From positions 384,001-448,000 of the forward strand of contig CBDCKN010000013.1 of assembly GCA_965218295.1 (NCBI GenBank): 64,000 nucleotides of DNA, written 5' to 3'. A program made the position numbers and the translations under genes. Numbering within the stretch: the stretch's first letter is position 1; each line of letters opens with the position of its first letter. Below are positions 1 through 9,065 of the stretch, piece after piece. Under the pieces are notes generated by a model. The model was not told where the DNA came from. It saw nothing but the letters and a program-made list of their open reading frames with translations, and made no database searches. The DNA is from Longimicrobiales bacterium (GTDB lineage Bacteria; Gemmatimonadota; Gemmatimonadetes; Longimicrobiales; Gaopeijiaceae).

Positions 1-459
1 GTTCACGCCCGGATCCACGTCCCGGGGGTTCTCGCCCTCCCGCTCCAGAACCCACAGCCGGGCCAGACGGGCCACCTCCTCCGGCTCTCTCCACGTGGAG
101 AGCTCGGCGAACTGATCGGCCCCCAGGATCAGCACGGGATCGACGTCGGGATACTCGGACCGCAGGGCACGAAGCGTGTCCACCGTGTAGGAGGGCCCCT
201 CGCGAGCGAGCTCCAGATCGCTCACCACCTGTCCCTCGACTCCGTCCGTGACGGCCCTCACCATTTCCAGGCGGAGACCCGCGGGAGCGATGCGGCGATG
301 GGGCTTGTGCGGGGGAATCCGGACGGGCATCCAGACGACCTCGTCCAGGTCCTCCGTCTCCACGAGCTGCCGTGCCACGGCGAGGTGGCCGATGTGGGGG
401 GGGTCGAACGTGCCCCCGAAGACCCCGAGACGGCGGGGGCGTTCTCCCTTAGGCTCCAT
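1..459 (-). CDS. nadD: nicotinate-nucleotide adenylyltransferase, 3' end outside window
   Basis: Manual translation from ATG 459: MEPKGERPRRLGVFGGTFDPPHIGHL...PPHK...SYTVDTL...LILGADQF; HxGH motif. Confidence 0.93.
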   Translation of the reverse strand, partial: MEPKGERPRRLGVFGGTFDPPHIGHLAVARQLVETEDLDEVVWMPVRIPPHKPHRRIAPAGLRLEMVRAVTDGVEGQVVSDLELAREGPSYTVDTLRALRSEYPDVDPVLILGADQFAELSTWREPEEVARLARLWVLEREGENPRDVDPGVN

Positions 460-1183
460 TCTCGAGTAGTTTGGCGGGCTCGGAGTCCGGATACAGCTCG
501 AGCAGCTTTTCGCGAGTCTCCTCGACGTCCTGTCTGTAGCCGATCTTCTCGAAGGCCTCGATCTTCTTCAACAACGCCCAGGGCGCCCAGCTCGACTCGG
601 GGTAGCTCGCCTCGACCTCCTCGAAGTAGAGGATGGCCGAGTCCAGAAGATTCCTCTTCATATAGTGGAGCCCCGTGGTGTAGTCCTGCTCGGCGAGCTT
701 GTCGTGCATCTCCACGGCGACCTCCGAGGCTCGGAGGCCGATGAGCGTTCCGGCGTAGTCGGACGCCGTCTGTCGGCAGTTCGTCCGGGCCTGCCGTGTG
801 AACGACTGGTCGCGATGAGGCGTGGGCGACAGCCCGGCCAACGAGCGGCAGATTCCCAAGGCCGCGTGGGGCGCCGTTGTGTCCGTCGGGAAGCGGTCGA
901 GCGCCCGCTGATACTCCGACCGGGACTCGATGTAGTGCTCCCTCTCGTACTCCGACCGGGCGAGCTGCAGTCGTGCCTCGGCGGCGAATTCGAAGCCGGA
1001 TGTCAGGAGCACGTTCTGGAACGCCTCGGCAGCCGTGCTCCACCGCTCCTCTTGCATGGCCTGGACTCCGATGTTGTAGACCTCCATGGTGGTCAGGCCG
1101 GGGAACGGCCGGCCCCCGCCACAGGCGATGAAGGCAAGGCCTGAAATCAGGAATGTTAGGGGTGCTCGGAGGTCGATTCTCAT
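449..1183 (-). CDS. bamD: outer membrane protein assembly lipoprotein BamD
   Basis: Lipobox FIAC, TPR helices, RDQSFTRQA and KLAEQDY...GLHY motifs typical of BamD; start re-called at MRIDL. Confidence 0.85.
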   Translation of the reverse strand: MRIDLRAPLTFLISGLAFIACGGGRPFPGLTTMEVYNIGVQAMQEERWSTAAEAFQNVLLTSGFEFAAEARLQLARSEYEREHYIESRSEYQRALDRFPTDTTAPHAALGICRSLAGLSPTPHRDQSFTRQARTNCRQTASDYAGTLIGLRASEVAVEMHDKLAEQDYTTGLHYMKRNLLDSAILYFEEVEASYPESSWAPWALLKKIEAFEKIGYRQDVEETREKLLELYPDSEPAKLLENGA

Positions 1184-1275
1184 ACCCGGGAAATACACCG
1201 GCGTCAGCGTCAGGTTCGTATAGGCAGCCCTAAGGCTCGCCGGATTTCCGGCGCTTGGCAACGGGAGGAAAACCA

Positions 1276-1480
1276 GTGTGGTGTATCAGAAGTCCTGCTG
1301 CCATTCGGACGCGTCCGCATCCCGCGACCCACTCGCTTCGCGAGCAGGTACCCCTGCGTTGCTTCTCCTCGGACCACGGCCTTCGGCCGCGGTGCCCGCG
1401 GTGCTATTCCTCGTCGTCGCGCCTTGACCTGCGGGCGCGGTCGCGCCCTCGGTGGCTACCAGACTTCTGATACACCACAC
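1276..1480. mobile_element. MITE copy 1 (IS630-like ends)
   Basis: Terminal inverted repeats GTGTGGTGTATCAGAAGTC / GACTTCTGATACACCACAC; internal GCTATTCCTCGTCGTCGCGCCT shared with copies 2 and 3. Confidence 0.8.
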
Positions 1481-2248
1481 TACGAATCCAGCGCCGCGAG
1501 ATAGGCCCGCACGCGTCGGTCCTCGGGATCGGCTTCGGCGCAGCGCTCCCACTCTCGACGGGCCCCCTCGAGGTCGTCCAGTCGGTGCAGCAGTGCGCCG
1601 AGCCTGACCCGGGCGTCGTGGAAACTCGGGTGCATCTCCAAGATGGCGTCGAGATGATCCCGGGCATCGTCAAGGCGGTCGAGGTTCATGTATGCCTCGG
1701 CCAGCTTGAAGCGCAGGTCGGCGAAGCGGGGACGGACCGACACCGCCGCCGCGTACTGCTGAGCGGCCTCTTCCGGACGGTTGGCCACCAAGTAGAGGTC
1801 CCCGCTCCGGGCATGGGAGTCGGCGAGCTGATTGCCCAGGTCCGACGGGAAGATCATCGAGTCCCGTGTGTCTAGGTTGTTGGCGCGCTGGAAGGCCTCC
1901 GACGCCTCTTCGAAGCGTCCCAGGTCGTTGAGGACGATGGCGCGGTTCAGATGGGGCCTCGGCGTACCTGTCGTTGAGCTTCAAGGCCTCGTCGAACTCG
2001 TCGAGGGCGCTCTCCATGTCGCCCATCATGGCCAAGCACAGCCCGGCCTTGTTGCGCACGTCGGCGAAGCCGGGCTCCTCTTCGATGATTCCCCTGAAGT
2101 GCTCGAAAGCGCTCTGGAAGTCGTCACTCTCCCACGCCGCCACGCCCTGGGCCATGATCTGGCGCAGGGACGACTGCGCGGATTCGGAGCCGGGACCCAT
2201 CTCGGGGCGCTGATACTCCGGGGTTTTGTTCTTCTTTTTCGGGCTCAC
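1480..2248 (-). pseudogene. TPR-repeat protein, apparent +1 frameshift near 1955
   Basis: ORFs 1670-2407 and 1480-1857 join into one TPR protein (YAEAHLNRAIVLNDLGRFEEA) if one base of the GGGG run at ~1953-1956 is removed. Confidence 0.75.
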
Positions 2249-2280
2249 GGTCGTCAGGTTCGGGGCGAGTAGAGGCTGTA

Positions 2281-2441
2281 GTGTGGTGTCCCAGAAGTGT
2301 CTCGGCCATTCGAGCACCGATGCATCCGGCCCTGCGGCGTTCCTCCTCCTCGAAATAGCGTTGCTATTCCTCGTCGTCGCGCCTTGCAGGATCCGGCGCC
2401 TCGGCACTCTCCGTGGCTCGCGAACTTCTGGGACACCACAC
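2281..2441. mobile_element. MITE copy 2 (IS630-like ends)
   Basis: TIRs GTGTGGTGTCCCAGAAGT / ACTTCTGGGACACCACAC; nearly identical to copy 3 apart from two small inserts. Confidence 0.85.
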
Positions 2442-2496
2442 TGGGGCCTACTTCACACTAGCCGCAGAATCTGGCCGGACGCAAGGGGAAATAGGC

Positions 2497-3435
2497 TCAG
2501 CAGCCCACCCCGAGACGTCCGCCCGACGGTCCCACGAAGCGAAGCTCGTCGTAGCGCCACTGGGCTCGCTCCACCAAGGGGCTCGAACCCATCTGATCCA
2601 CCCGGCGCACCTGGAGGAACGCCTCCATGGCGTCCGCGCAGCGGCCCAGGTCCGACAGGCTCTCTCCCATCTCGAAGTAGGCCACGGCCTGGAGGCTCCG
2701 TGGCTCACCCAGAGCGACGGTGCGCTCGATGTGCAAGAGAGCCTCCTCGTCTTCGTTCGTCGCACGGAGCTCCTGTGCGAGTCGGAGCGAGCAGCTGCCG
2801 ATCTTCCAGTCCACCTCACCCCTCTGCCAGCGCTGGATCATGCGCCGATACTGCTCGTAGTGGAGGAGCGCGCGGCGGCAGTCGCCTACCTCGTCATAGG
2901 CCGAGGCCGCCTCGAAGAGCACGTCTGGTACGGTGTCCTCCTCCATCCCGGCGATGGTGGACCGATAGTAGGGCAAGGCCGTAGCGTACTCGCCCGCCCG
3001 GAAGTAGTGACGCGCCAGGGGGAGCTCCATGTCCTGAATGGTGATTCCGGGGCGAAGCGACATGGCCGTCTCCATGGCGGAGGCGAGGCCGAAGAGGTCG
3101 GCCCGATCCTGGGCCGCCCGGGCCAGCCGCACCATGTCCGAGACCGCCTGATCGGTGTACGCAGGGTCCTGCTCGACGGCCTGATGATAGAAGTCCCCGG
3201 CCTCGTCGATGCGCCCCATCTCGGCGTAGGTGTGGGCGACACGGGCCAGCGTGGGCGCGTCGTCCGAGCCCTGCCGGACCGCCAGGCGGTACTCGGCCAG
3301 GGCCGCGTCCAGCTCTCCCCGTGCCGCGGCCTCGTCGCCCCTGAGGACCGAAGACTCGTCCTTGCTGAAGAAGCAGCCGGTCAGGAGGGTCAGGAGGACG
3401 AGGAGGGTGGTGGCGCGGCGGCCCAGATCGGTCAT
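2497..3435 (-). CDS. TPR-repeat lipoprotein
   Basis: Signal peptide with lipobox LLTGC after MTDLGRR; repeated TPR consensus. Confidence 0.75.
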   Translation of the reverse strand: MTDLGRRATTLLVLLTLLTGCFFSKDESSVLRGDEAAARGELDAALAEYRLAVRQGSDDAPTLARVAHTYAEMGRIDEAGDFYHQAVEQDPAYTDQAVSDMVRLARAAQDRADLFGLASAMETAMSLRPGITIQDMELPLARHYFRAGEYATALPYYRSTIAGMEEDTVPDVLFEAASAYDEVGDCRRALLHYEQYRRMIQRWQRGEVDWKIGSCSLRLAQELRATNEDEEALLHIERTVALGEPRSLQAVAYFEMGESLSDLGRCADAMEAFLQVRRVDQMGSSPLVERAQWRYDELRFVGPSGGRLGVGC

Positions 3436-3533
3436 GTCGGTTCGTGGATTATGACGAAGGATCATGAGGAGAACCTGTGGCAAAGATCGGACCATCGTCT
3501 ATCGCGGACAGGGCCGTACCGCCCTCCAGACGA

Positions 3534-3606
3534 ACGAACCGCCGCACGCCCTCCTGGAACCGGTGGGCGGGGCGTAGCTCAGGAGTGCCCGGACCTTGGA
3601 GACGTC
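3534..3606. repeat. degenerate direct copy of the 3' end of the epimerase gene (4496-4569)
   Basis: ACGAACCGCCGCACGCCCTCCTGGAA...CTTGGAGACGTC present at both positions. Confidence 0.85.
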
Positions 3607-3620
3607 CCCGAGCAGATTCC

Positions 3621-3872
3621 TCAGACCTTGCCTCCCGCGGCAGGTGCGCCCCGCAATAGCCCTTCTACGCTGAGGTCCTCATCGATGGTGGGCCAATGGA
3701 TGCCTTCTCCCTGGCCGATCAAGCGCCACTCGTCACGCTGTTCGGCCGTGGCGTTGAGCAACCGTGGAAACCAGTGAAGAGGCGCCGAGATGACCCGGCC
3801 GTCCACGAGATCAACCACAACCTTGCTATCCAGAACGCGGACATTCGCGGCACGTGGGTTAGAACCGGACAT
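3621..3872 (-). CDS. DUF2442 family putative antitoxin
   Basis: LVDGRVISAPLHWFPRL...GEGIHWPTIDEDLSVEGLL; overlaps upstream DUF4160 gene. Confidence 0.8.
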   Translation of the reverse strand: MSGSNPRAANVRVLDSKVVVDLVDGRVISAPLHWFPRLLNATAEQRDEWRLIGQGEGIHWPTIDEDLSVEGLLRGAPAAGGKV

Positions 3873-4101
3873 CGAAGAATGCCTTCCACTCACGGAGCAG
3901 GTCGTCTCGATTCATCAATACGATTGATTCGATCTTGGTGAGCTCGTGGGACGGCAGCCCACCAGACCGGCGGATGCTCACCGGAGTGAGCCACAGTTTG
4001 GCCACATGACCCTCTCGTTCTACATGCACATGAGGCGCCTCAGTTCCCTCGTTGCTGTAGAAGAAGAAGCGATACGGCCCCGCGCGAAATATCGTGGGCA
4101 A
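3859..4101 (-). CDS. DUF4160 family putative toxin
   Basis: (M)PTIFRAGPYRFFFYSNEGTEAPHVHV...AKLWL; TTG start. Confidence 0.8.
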   Translation of the reverse strand: MPTIFRAGPYRFFFYSNEGTEAPHVHVEREGHVAKLWLTPVSIRRSGGLPSHELTKIESIVLMNRDDLLREWKAFFDVRF

Positions 4102-4470
4102 CCCAGCCGTCTCCAACCCCGAGTGATGAACGTGGAGTATTCCCGTCTCCTCGTGATTGAAGAACCTGTCCGTGACAGGGCACCGGAATGGCTCATCGGG
4201 ACCCCGCGGCTCTCGGCCGGTGGAGGTCGGGTTGGTGGAGACCAGCCTCCGGGTCGCTGGTGGCGGAGACCTACCGATTGCTGTCCAGCTTCGGCTGGAG
4301 ATTCGACGACGCCCTGGTGGTCATCGGAGGCGCGCTCGACTACACGGGGGGGTGGGCAGGATTTCGGTGGGATCCGCTTCTGGTTCGAGCTGTCGTGGTG
4401 AGGTGGGAGATCGACGGGCGAATCGGTCAGACGAGTGGCGGAGCAGATCGACCGTCGCACCTCCGTGCGA

Positions 4471-5421
4471 TCACTGTCCCTCCCTGAACCACTCCACGAA
4501 CCGCCGCACGCCCTCCTGGAAGCCGGTGCGCGGGGCATAGCTCAGGAGCGCCCGGGCCTTGGAGACGTCGGCGTGGGTCCTGAGGACGTCTCCGGGCTGC
4601 AGGGGCAGCTCGTTGATGGCGGGCGTCACCCCGAGAGCCCGGGACACGGTGTCGATCATCTCGCTGAGGGAGACCGTGCGACTCTCGCCCAGGTTGATGA
4701 TCTCGTATGCGTCCGGATGTGCCTCGAGGTACTCGAGCGCCGCCATCACACCCTCGAGGATGTCGTCCACGTACGTGTAGTCCCGCTCCGTGGTACCGTC
4801 TCCGAACCTGGGAAGCGGCTTCCCGGCAGTCATGAGGCGGGCGAACTTGTGGATGGCCAGGTCGGGGCGCTGGCGTGGCCCGTACGCCGTAAAGAAGCGG
4901 AGGCAGAGCACGCCCAAACCGTGAAGGTGATGGTAGCTATGGCAGAGGAGCTCCCCAGCCTTCTTGGTTGCGGCATAGGGTGAGATGGGGCGGTCCACGG
5001 AGTCGTCCTCCGAGAACGGCACCTTCTCGTTGTTGCCGTAGACCGACGAGGACGAGCCGAAGACGAAGCGTCGGATGCGCCGCTTCCGGGCGAGCTCCAG
5101 GAGCGCCAGGGTACCGCCCACATTCACGTCCTGGTAGAGGACGGGCTCCTGGATCGAGGGGCGGATACCGGCCCGGGCGGCCAGATGGATGATCGTGTCG
5201 ACGTCGGGAAGCTTGTCCAGGGTCGCGGCGTCGCGGATGTCGCCCTCGACCTCCGTGAAGCGGGCGTGATCACGGCACCGGGCCAGGTTCCCCCTCTTGA
5301 TGGCCGGATCGTAGAAGTCGTCGTAGGAATCCAGGGAGACCACCTCGAAGGCGTCCTCCAGCAGGCGCTCGCAGAAGTGCGAGCCGATGAACCCGGCACC
5401 GCCGGTGACGAGGACGCTCAT
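4471..5421 (-). CDS. NAD-dependent nucleotide-sugar epimerase (UDP-glucuronate 4-epimerase-like)
   Basis: TGGAGFIG, HLAARAG, SSSSVYG, YAATKK, YGPRQRPDLAIHKF. Confidence 0.88.
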   Translation of the reverse strand: MSVLVTGGAGFIGSHFCERLLEDAFEVVSLDSYDDFYDPAIKRGNLARCRDHARFTEVEGDIRDAATLDKLPDVDTIIHLAARAGIRPSIQEPVLYQDVNVGGTLALLELARKRRIRRFVFGSSSSVYGNNEKVPFSEDDSVDRPISPYAATKKAGELLCHSYHHLHGLGVLCLRFFTAYGPRQRPDLAIHKFARLMTAGKPLPRFGDGTTERDYTYVDDILEGVMAALEYLEAHPDAYEIINLGESRTVSLSEMIDTVSRALGVTPAINELPLQPGDVLRTHADVSKARALLSYAPRTGFQEGVRRFVEWFREGQ

Positions 5422-6419
5422 GGACCCCCTCCCCCGGAGGATGGGGCCGGCCGATGCGCCGCCAGCCAGTCCACGGTCCTCTGCAGGCCCTCGCCGAGTG
5501 GCACGGTCACGTCATATCCGAGCCTCTCCCGGGCTTTGTCCAGAGAGGCGAGGGAATCGCGAACGTCCCCCTCCCTTGCCGGCCCGCGGATCGCGTCCAC
5601 AGGTGCCTTTGTGGCCTCCTGGATGGCTTCCCAGAGGTGATTTATGGAGATCCGTTCGCCGCAGCCCACGTTGAACACCTCGCCCGCCACATCCTCGGGC
5701 GCCGCCGTGCACGCTAACAGGTTCGCCCGGACCGCGTTCTCCACGTAGGTAAAGTCCCGGGTCTGCTCGCCGTCCCCGTCGATGGTGGGCGCCTCGCCGG
5801 CCATGGCCTTCGTGATGAAGAGAGGAATCACGGCCGAGTATTGCGACGTGGGGTCCTGCCTGGGACCGAAGATGTTGAAGTAGCGGAGCACCACCGTCTC
5901 GAAGCCGTAGACCAGGGCGAAGGCCTGGCAGTAGTGCTCTCCCGTGAGCTTGGCCACGGCGTAGGGAGAACGGGGTTGGGCGGCCATGCTCTCCACCTTC
6001 GGGAGCGTCGGCGTGTCCCCGTACGCCGAGCTGGATCCCGCGTACACGAAGCGCTTCACGCCGGCGTCACGGGCGGCGATGAGCATGTTGAGCGTGCCCG
6101 TGGCGCAGGTGGCGTGGCTGGCGCCGGGATCGGCGACGCTACGAGGAACCGAAGGAAGGGCCGCCTGGTGAAGCACGTAATCGACATCCTTGCACGCGGC
6201 CACGCACGTCCCCGGATCCGTGATGGATCCCTCCATCATGTGGATGTGGTCCCAGAGGCCGTCCAGGTTCTCCTGCCGCCCGGTGGAGAAGTCTTCGAGG
6301 ACGCGGACCGTGGCATCGGCGTCCGCCAGAGCAGCCACCAGGTTCGAGCCGATGAAGCCGGCTCCTCCGGTGACGAGGTAGCTGGCGCCGGGCGGGACGA
6401 GACCGGAGTCCTGAGTCAC
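5418..6419 (-). CDS. SDR nucleotide-sugar 4-epimerase (WbpP-like)
   Basis: TGGAGFIGS, HQAALPSVPRS, SPYAVAK, LRYFNIFGPRQDP. Confidence 0.88.
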   Translation of the reverse strand: MTQDSGLVPPGASYLVTGGAGFIGSNLVAALADADATVRVLEDFSTGRQENLDGLWDHIHMMEGSITDPGTCVAACKDVDYVLHQAALPSVPRSVADPGASHATCATGTLNMLIAARDAGVKRFVYAGSSSAYGDTPTLPKVESMAAQPRSPYAVAKLTGEHYCQAFALVYGFETVVLRYFNIFGPRQDPTSQYSAVIPLFITKAMAGEAPTIDGDGEQTRDFTYVENAVRANLLACTAAPEDVAGEVFNVGCGERISINHLWEAIQEATKAPVDAIRGPAREGDVRDSLASLDKARERLGYDVTVPLGEGLQRTVDWLAAHRPAPSSGGGGP

Positions 6420-6520
6420 GGGGAGAGCCTCGAGGGTCCGGGGTCAGGAGTCATGGGGACCCCTTCCAGGGTTCGGGGTTTCTGAGTGATCACGGGATTT
6501 CGGCGCCGGGATTCACGCGC

Positions 6521-7489
6521 TCAGTCCGTCAGGGTCCGAGCCCTGGCGTCCCCCGACTCTACCAACTCCCTGAAGTACGGGATCGTCTTCCTGAGACCCT
6601 CGTGGAGCGTGGTGATGGCCTCCCAACCCAGGACCTCCCTCACCACCGAGATGTCCGGCTGTCGGACCTTCGGGTCGTCCTCGGGGAGCGGTCTGTATTC
6701 GATGTCCGACTGGGACCCCGTCTCCTCCAGCACCAGCTCCGCCAGCTCGGCGACGGTGAACTCGTGTGGGTTGCCGATGTTGGTCGGGTCGGTGCGGTCG
6801 GAGTGGAAGAGCCGGAAGATCCCCTCGACCTCGTCGTCCACGTAGCAGAAGGAGCGCGTCTGGGACCCGTCCCCGTAGATGGTGAGGGGCTCGTTTCGCA
6901 GAGCCTGCACGATGAAGTTCGAGACGACGCGGCCATCGGCGGGACGCATGCGCGGCCCAAAGCAATTAAAGATCCTTACGATCCTCGTGTCGACACCGTG
7001 GTACCGGTGGTACGCCATCGTCATGGCCTCGGCGAAGCGCTTGGCCTCGTCGTAGACGCCGCGTATACCCACCGGATTCACGTTACCCCAGTACCCCTCG
7101 GGCTGCGGGTGGACGTCCGGATCGCCGTACACCTCCGACGTGGAGGCCAGGAGGAACCGCGCCGACTTCGCCAGGGAGAGCCCGAGCATGTTGTGAGTGC
7201 CGAGGCTCCCGACCTTCAGCGTCTGAATCGGCAGCTCCAGGTAGTCCACGGGGCTGGCCGGCGACGCGAAGTGGAGGACCCCGTCCAGCTCCTCGTGGAT
7301 GTAGAGCGGCGTGGAGATGTCGTGTCGCAGGAAGGAGAACCGCTCGTTCTTCTGGAGGTTGGCGATGTTCTCCGGCGAGCCCGTGATGAGGTTGTCCACG
7401 CCGATGACGTGGTAGCCCTCGAGAAGGAACCGGTCGGCCAGGTGGGAGCCGAGGAATCCGGCGGCTCCAGTGATCAGGACGCGCTCCAC
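6521..7489 (-). CDS. uxs: UDP-glucuronate decarboxylase (UDP-xylose synthase)
   Basis: [38 protein letters not shown] start preceded by AAGGAGG. Confidence 0.88.
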   Translation of the reverse strand: MERVLITGAAGFLGSHLADRFLLEGYHVIGVDNLITGSPENIANLQKNERFSFLRHDISTPLYIHEELDGVLHFASPASPVDYLELPIQTLKVGSLGTHNMLGLSLAKSARFLLASTSEVYGDPDVHPQPEGYWGNVNPVGIRGVYDEAKRFAEAMTMAYHRYHGVDTRIVRIFNCFGPRMRPADGRVVSNFIVQALRNEPLTIYGDGSQTRSFCYVDDEVEGIFRLFHSDRTDPTNIGNPHEFTVAELAELVLEETGSQSDIEYRPLPEDDPKVRQPDISVVREVLGWEAITTLHEGLRKTIPYFRELVESGDARARTLTD

Positions 7490-7490
7490 G

Positions 7491-7589
7491 TCAGGCCTCC
7501 TTCTCACGAAGCGCCTCGACCTTGGAGTCGATGCTGCTAAGACGGCGGGTGAGGAACTCCACCAGCTCCTGGTATTCGCTTTGCGTCAT
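7491..7589 (-). CDS. 32-aa small protein [32 protein letters not shown] (not in ORF track)
   Basis: N-terminus near-identical to the ORF starting at 9065; stop lies 1 nt before the uxs start. Confidence 0.55.
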   Translation of the reverse strand: MTQSEYQELVEFLTRRLSSIDSKVEALREKEA

Positions 7590-7691
7590 CCGCCCTCGGG
7601 TTCTCTGGGGATCCGCCCCATGCTACCCCTTCCCTGCCACCCTCGACAAGGTACAAGCGAGGCGGACCATTCGGGCCCTTTCTTGCGGAGC

Positions 7692-8111
7692 TCAGCTCGA
7701 AGGCTGTGAGGACCAATCCTCTACCTCCAGGGCGGGCACCCGCCCGAACTCCCGGACGTTCGCCGTCGCCAACCGGAGGTCGTGGGTGAGACACGCCGCG
7801 GCGAGCCAGAGATCGTGGGCACCGATGAGCCGGCCCTCTTCCACCAGATCAGCCCAGAGGTGGGCGTGCATTCGGGCGGTGGCGATCTCGACGGGAAAGA
7901 GGGGCATGCTCCCGAGAACTCCCTCGACGAAGGCGGTCCTCCGGGCGCGGGTCACGGGATCCTTCGCCCGATGGACGCTGTGGAGGAGCTCGCTGGCCGT
8001 CACGACGGACAGGAAGAAGGTCTCCTCTTCCCGCCCCCGGATCCGCGCTTCCAGGTCCACACGACCCCTCTCGTGGTCAATCAGGACCGAAGTGTCGATC
8101 AGGACTCCCAC
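7692..8111 (-). CDS. vapC: PIN-domain toxin VapC
   Basis: LIDTSVLI, SELL, IGAHDLWLAA, ATANVREF. Confidence 0.9.
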   Translation of the reverse strand: MGVLIDTSVLIDHERGRVDLEARIRGREEETFFLSVVTASELLHSVHRAKDPVTRARRTAFVEGVLGSMPLFPVEIATARMHAHLWADLVEEGRLIGAHDLWLAAACLTHDLRLATANVREFGRVPALEVEDWSSQPSS

Positions 8112-8377
8112 GGATCTTCGTCGGGGAGTGCTGGAAGCGAGTCCCTGGCCTCCTGCATATCCCGACCCAACGCCTCCGCCTCTTCGACAGACAGGCGGGG
8201 AAGAGCCTCGATGAGAGCCGGAAGATCGCCGAGCCGTCCACCTCGGGGAACCGGGACCAGTCGAGCCACGGGCCTTCCGCCCCGCTCCAGGACGAAGCGC
8301 TCTCCGCGATAGAACACCCTGCTGACGATGTCCGCAAAGTTTCGGGCCGCTTCGGTCACCGAGATCGTGTGCTTCAT
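8099..8377 (-). CDS. Phd/YefM family antitoxin
   Basis: TISVTEAARNFADIVSRV...GERFVLERGGRPVARLVP; overlaps vapC. Confidence 0.88.
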   Translation of the reverse strand: MKHTISVTEAARNFADIVSRVFYRGERFVLERGGRPVARLVPVPRGGRLGDLPALIEALPRLSVEEAEALGRDMQEARDSLPALPDEDPWES

Positions 8378-8431
8378 CGTTGGGCGGGCCGAGGTGAGGG
8401 GTTCGGGTTCGAAGACCCTGAGATCAAACGA

Positions 8432-8470
8432 GTGTCGGATAATCATATAATACTATTATCCGACACACAA
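8432..8470 (-). promoter_or_regulatory. TA promoter with overlapping palindromic operator
   Basis: TTGTGT(8470-8465)-17 bp-TATGAT(8447-8442); 12-bp inverted repeat GTGTCGGATAAT/ATTATCCGACAC. Confidence 0.75.
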
Positions 8471-8535
8471 GGACATGCGGCCGTCGGCGGCACCGCAGTT
8501 GGACCACGACCCAAGCCAACTGTCGCGTGATCAAA

Positions 8536-9065
8536 TCATCGCCGACGGCCCTCCTCCAGGCGCGTCACCCGCCGGTCCAAGGTCCAGGTGGGAGGCCCGT
8601 AGTGTGGTGTCCCAGAAGTGTCTCGGCCATTCGAGCACCGATGCATCCGGCCCCGACCCACGCGCATACAGCGCGCGGGTACCCCCGTTCCTCCTCCTCG
8701 AAATAGCGTTGCTATTCCTCGTCGTCGCGCCTGACCCACACCTAACGGCGCAGGTACCCCGGATCCGGCGCCTCGGCACTCTCGGTGGCTCGCGAACTTC
8801 TGGGACACCACACTAGCAGCTCGCGAAGATCCTGGAAGCCAACGGCCACCTCGGAACGGAACGCCTCGAGCCTCCGGTCGTTCCCCGACACGGCTTCGGC
8901 CACGATCTGGATCTGGTGGCGGTTCCCTTCCCCGAGGATCTCCACACGCCGCAGGCGCTCGTCGAATCCGTCGAAGCGTTCGTCGATAGCGTCGAAGCGG
9001 CTGCCGATGCGGTCGAACTTGGGGGAGATGAACTCCACCAACTCCTGGTACTCGCTCTTGGTCAT
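8536..9065 (-). pseudogene. coiled-coil small protein interrupted by MITE copy 3
   Basis: [12 protein letters not shown]...FDAIDERFDGFDERL...ELL|RASHLDL resumes in frame after MITE removal; ATGA overlap with ugd. Confidence 0.7.
8602..8813. mobile_element. MITE copy 3 with TA target duplication
   Basis: Same TIRs as copy 2; TA at 8600-8601 and 8814-8815. Confidence 0.9.

Noticed and set aside
2413..3777. 454-aa plus-strand ORF and many similar antisense ORFs
   Set aside because: Shadows of real minus-strand genes; no recognisable motifs
1276..8813. Repeats as a CRISPR array or ncRNA gene
   Set aside because: Dispersed, with TIRs and a TA duplication; no repeat-spacer periodicity or cas genes
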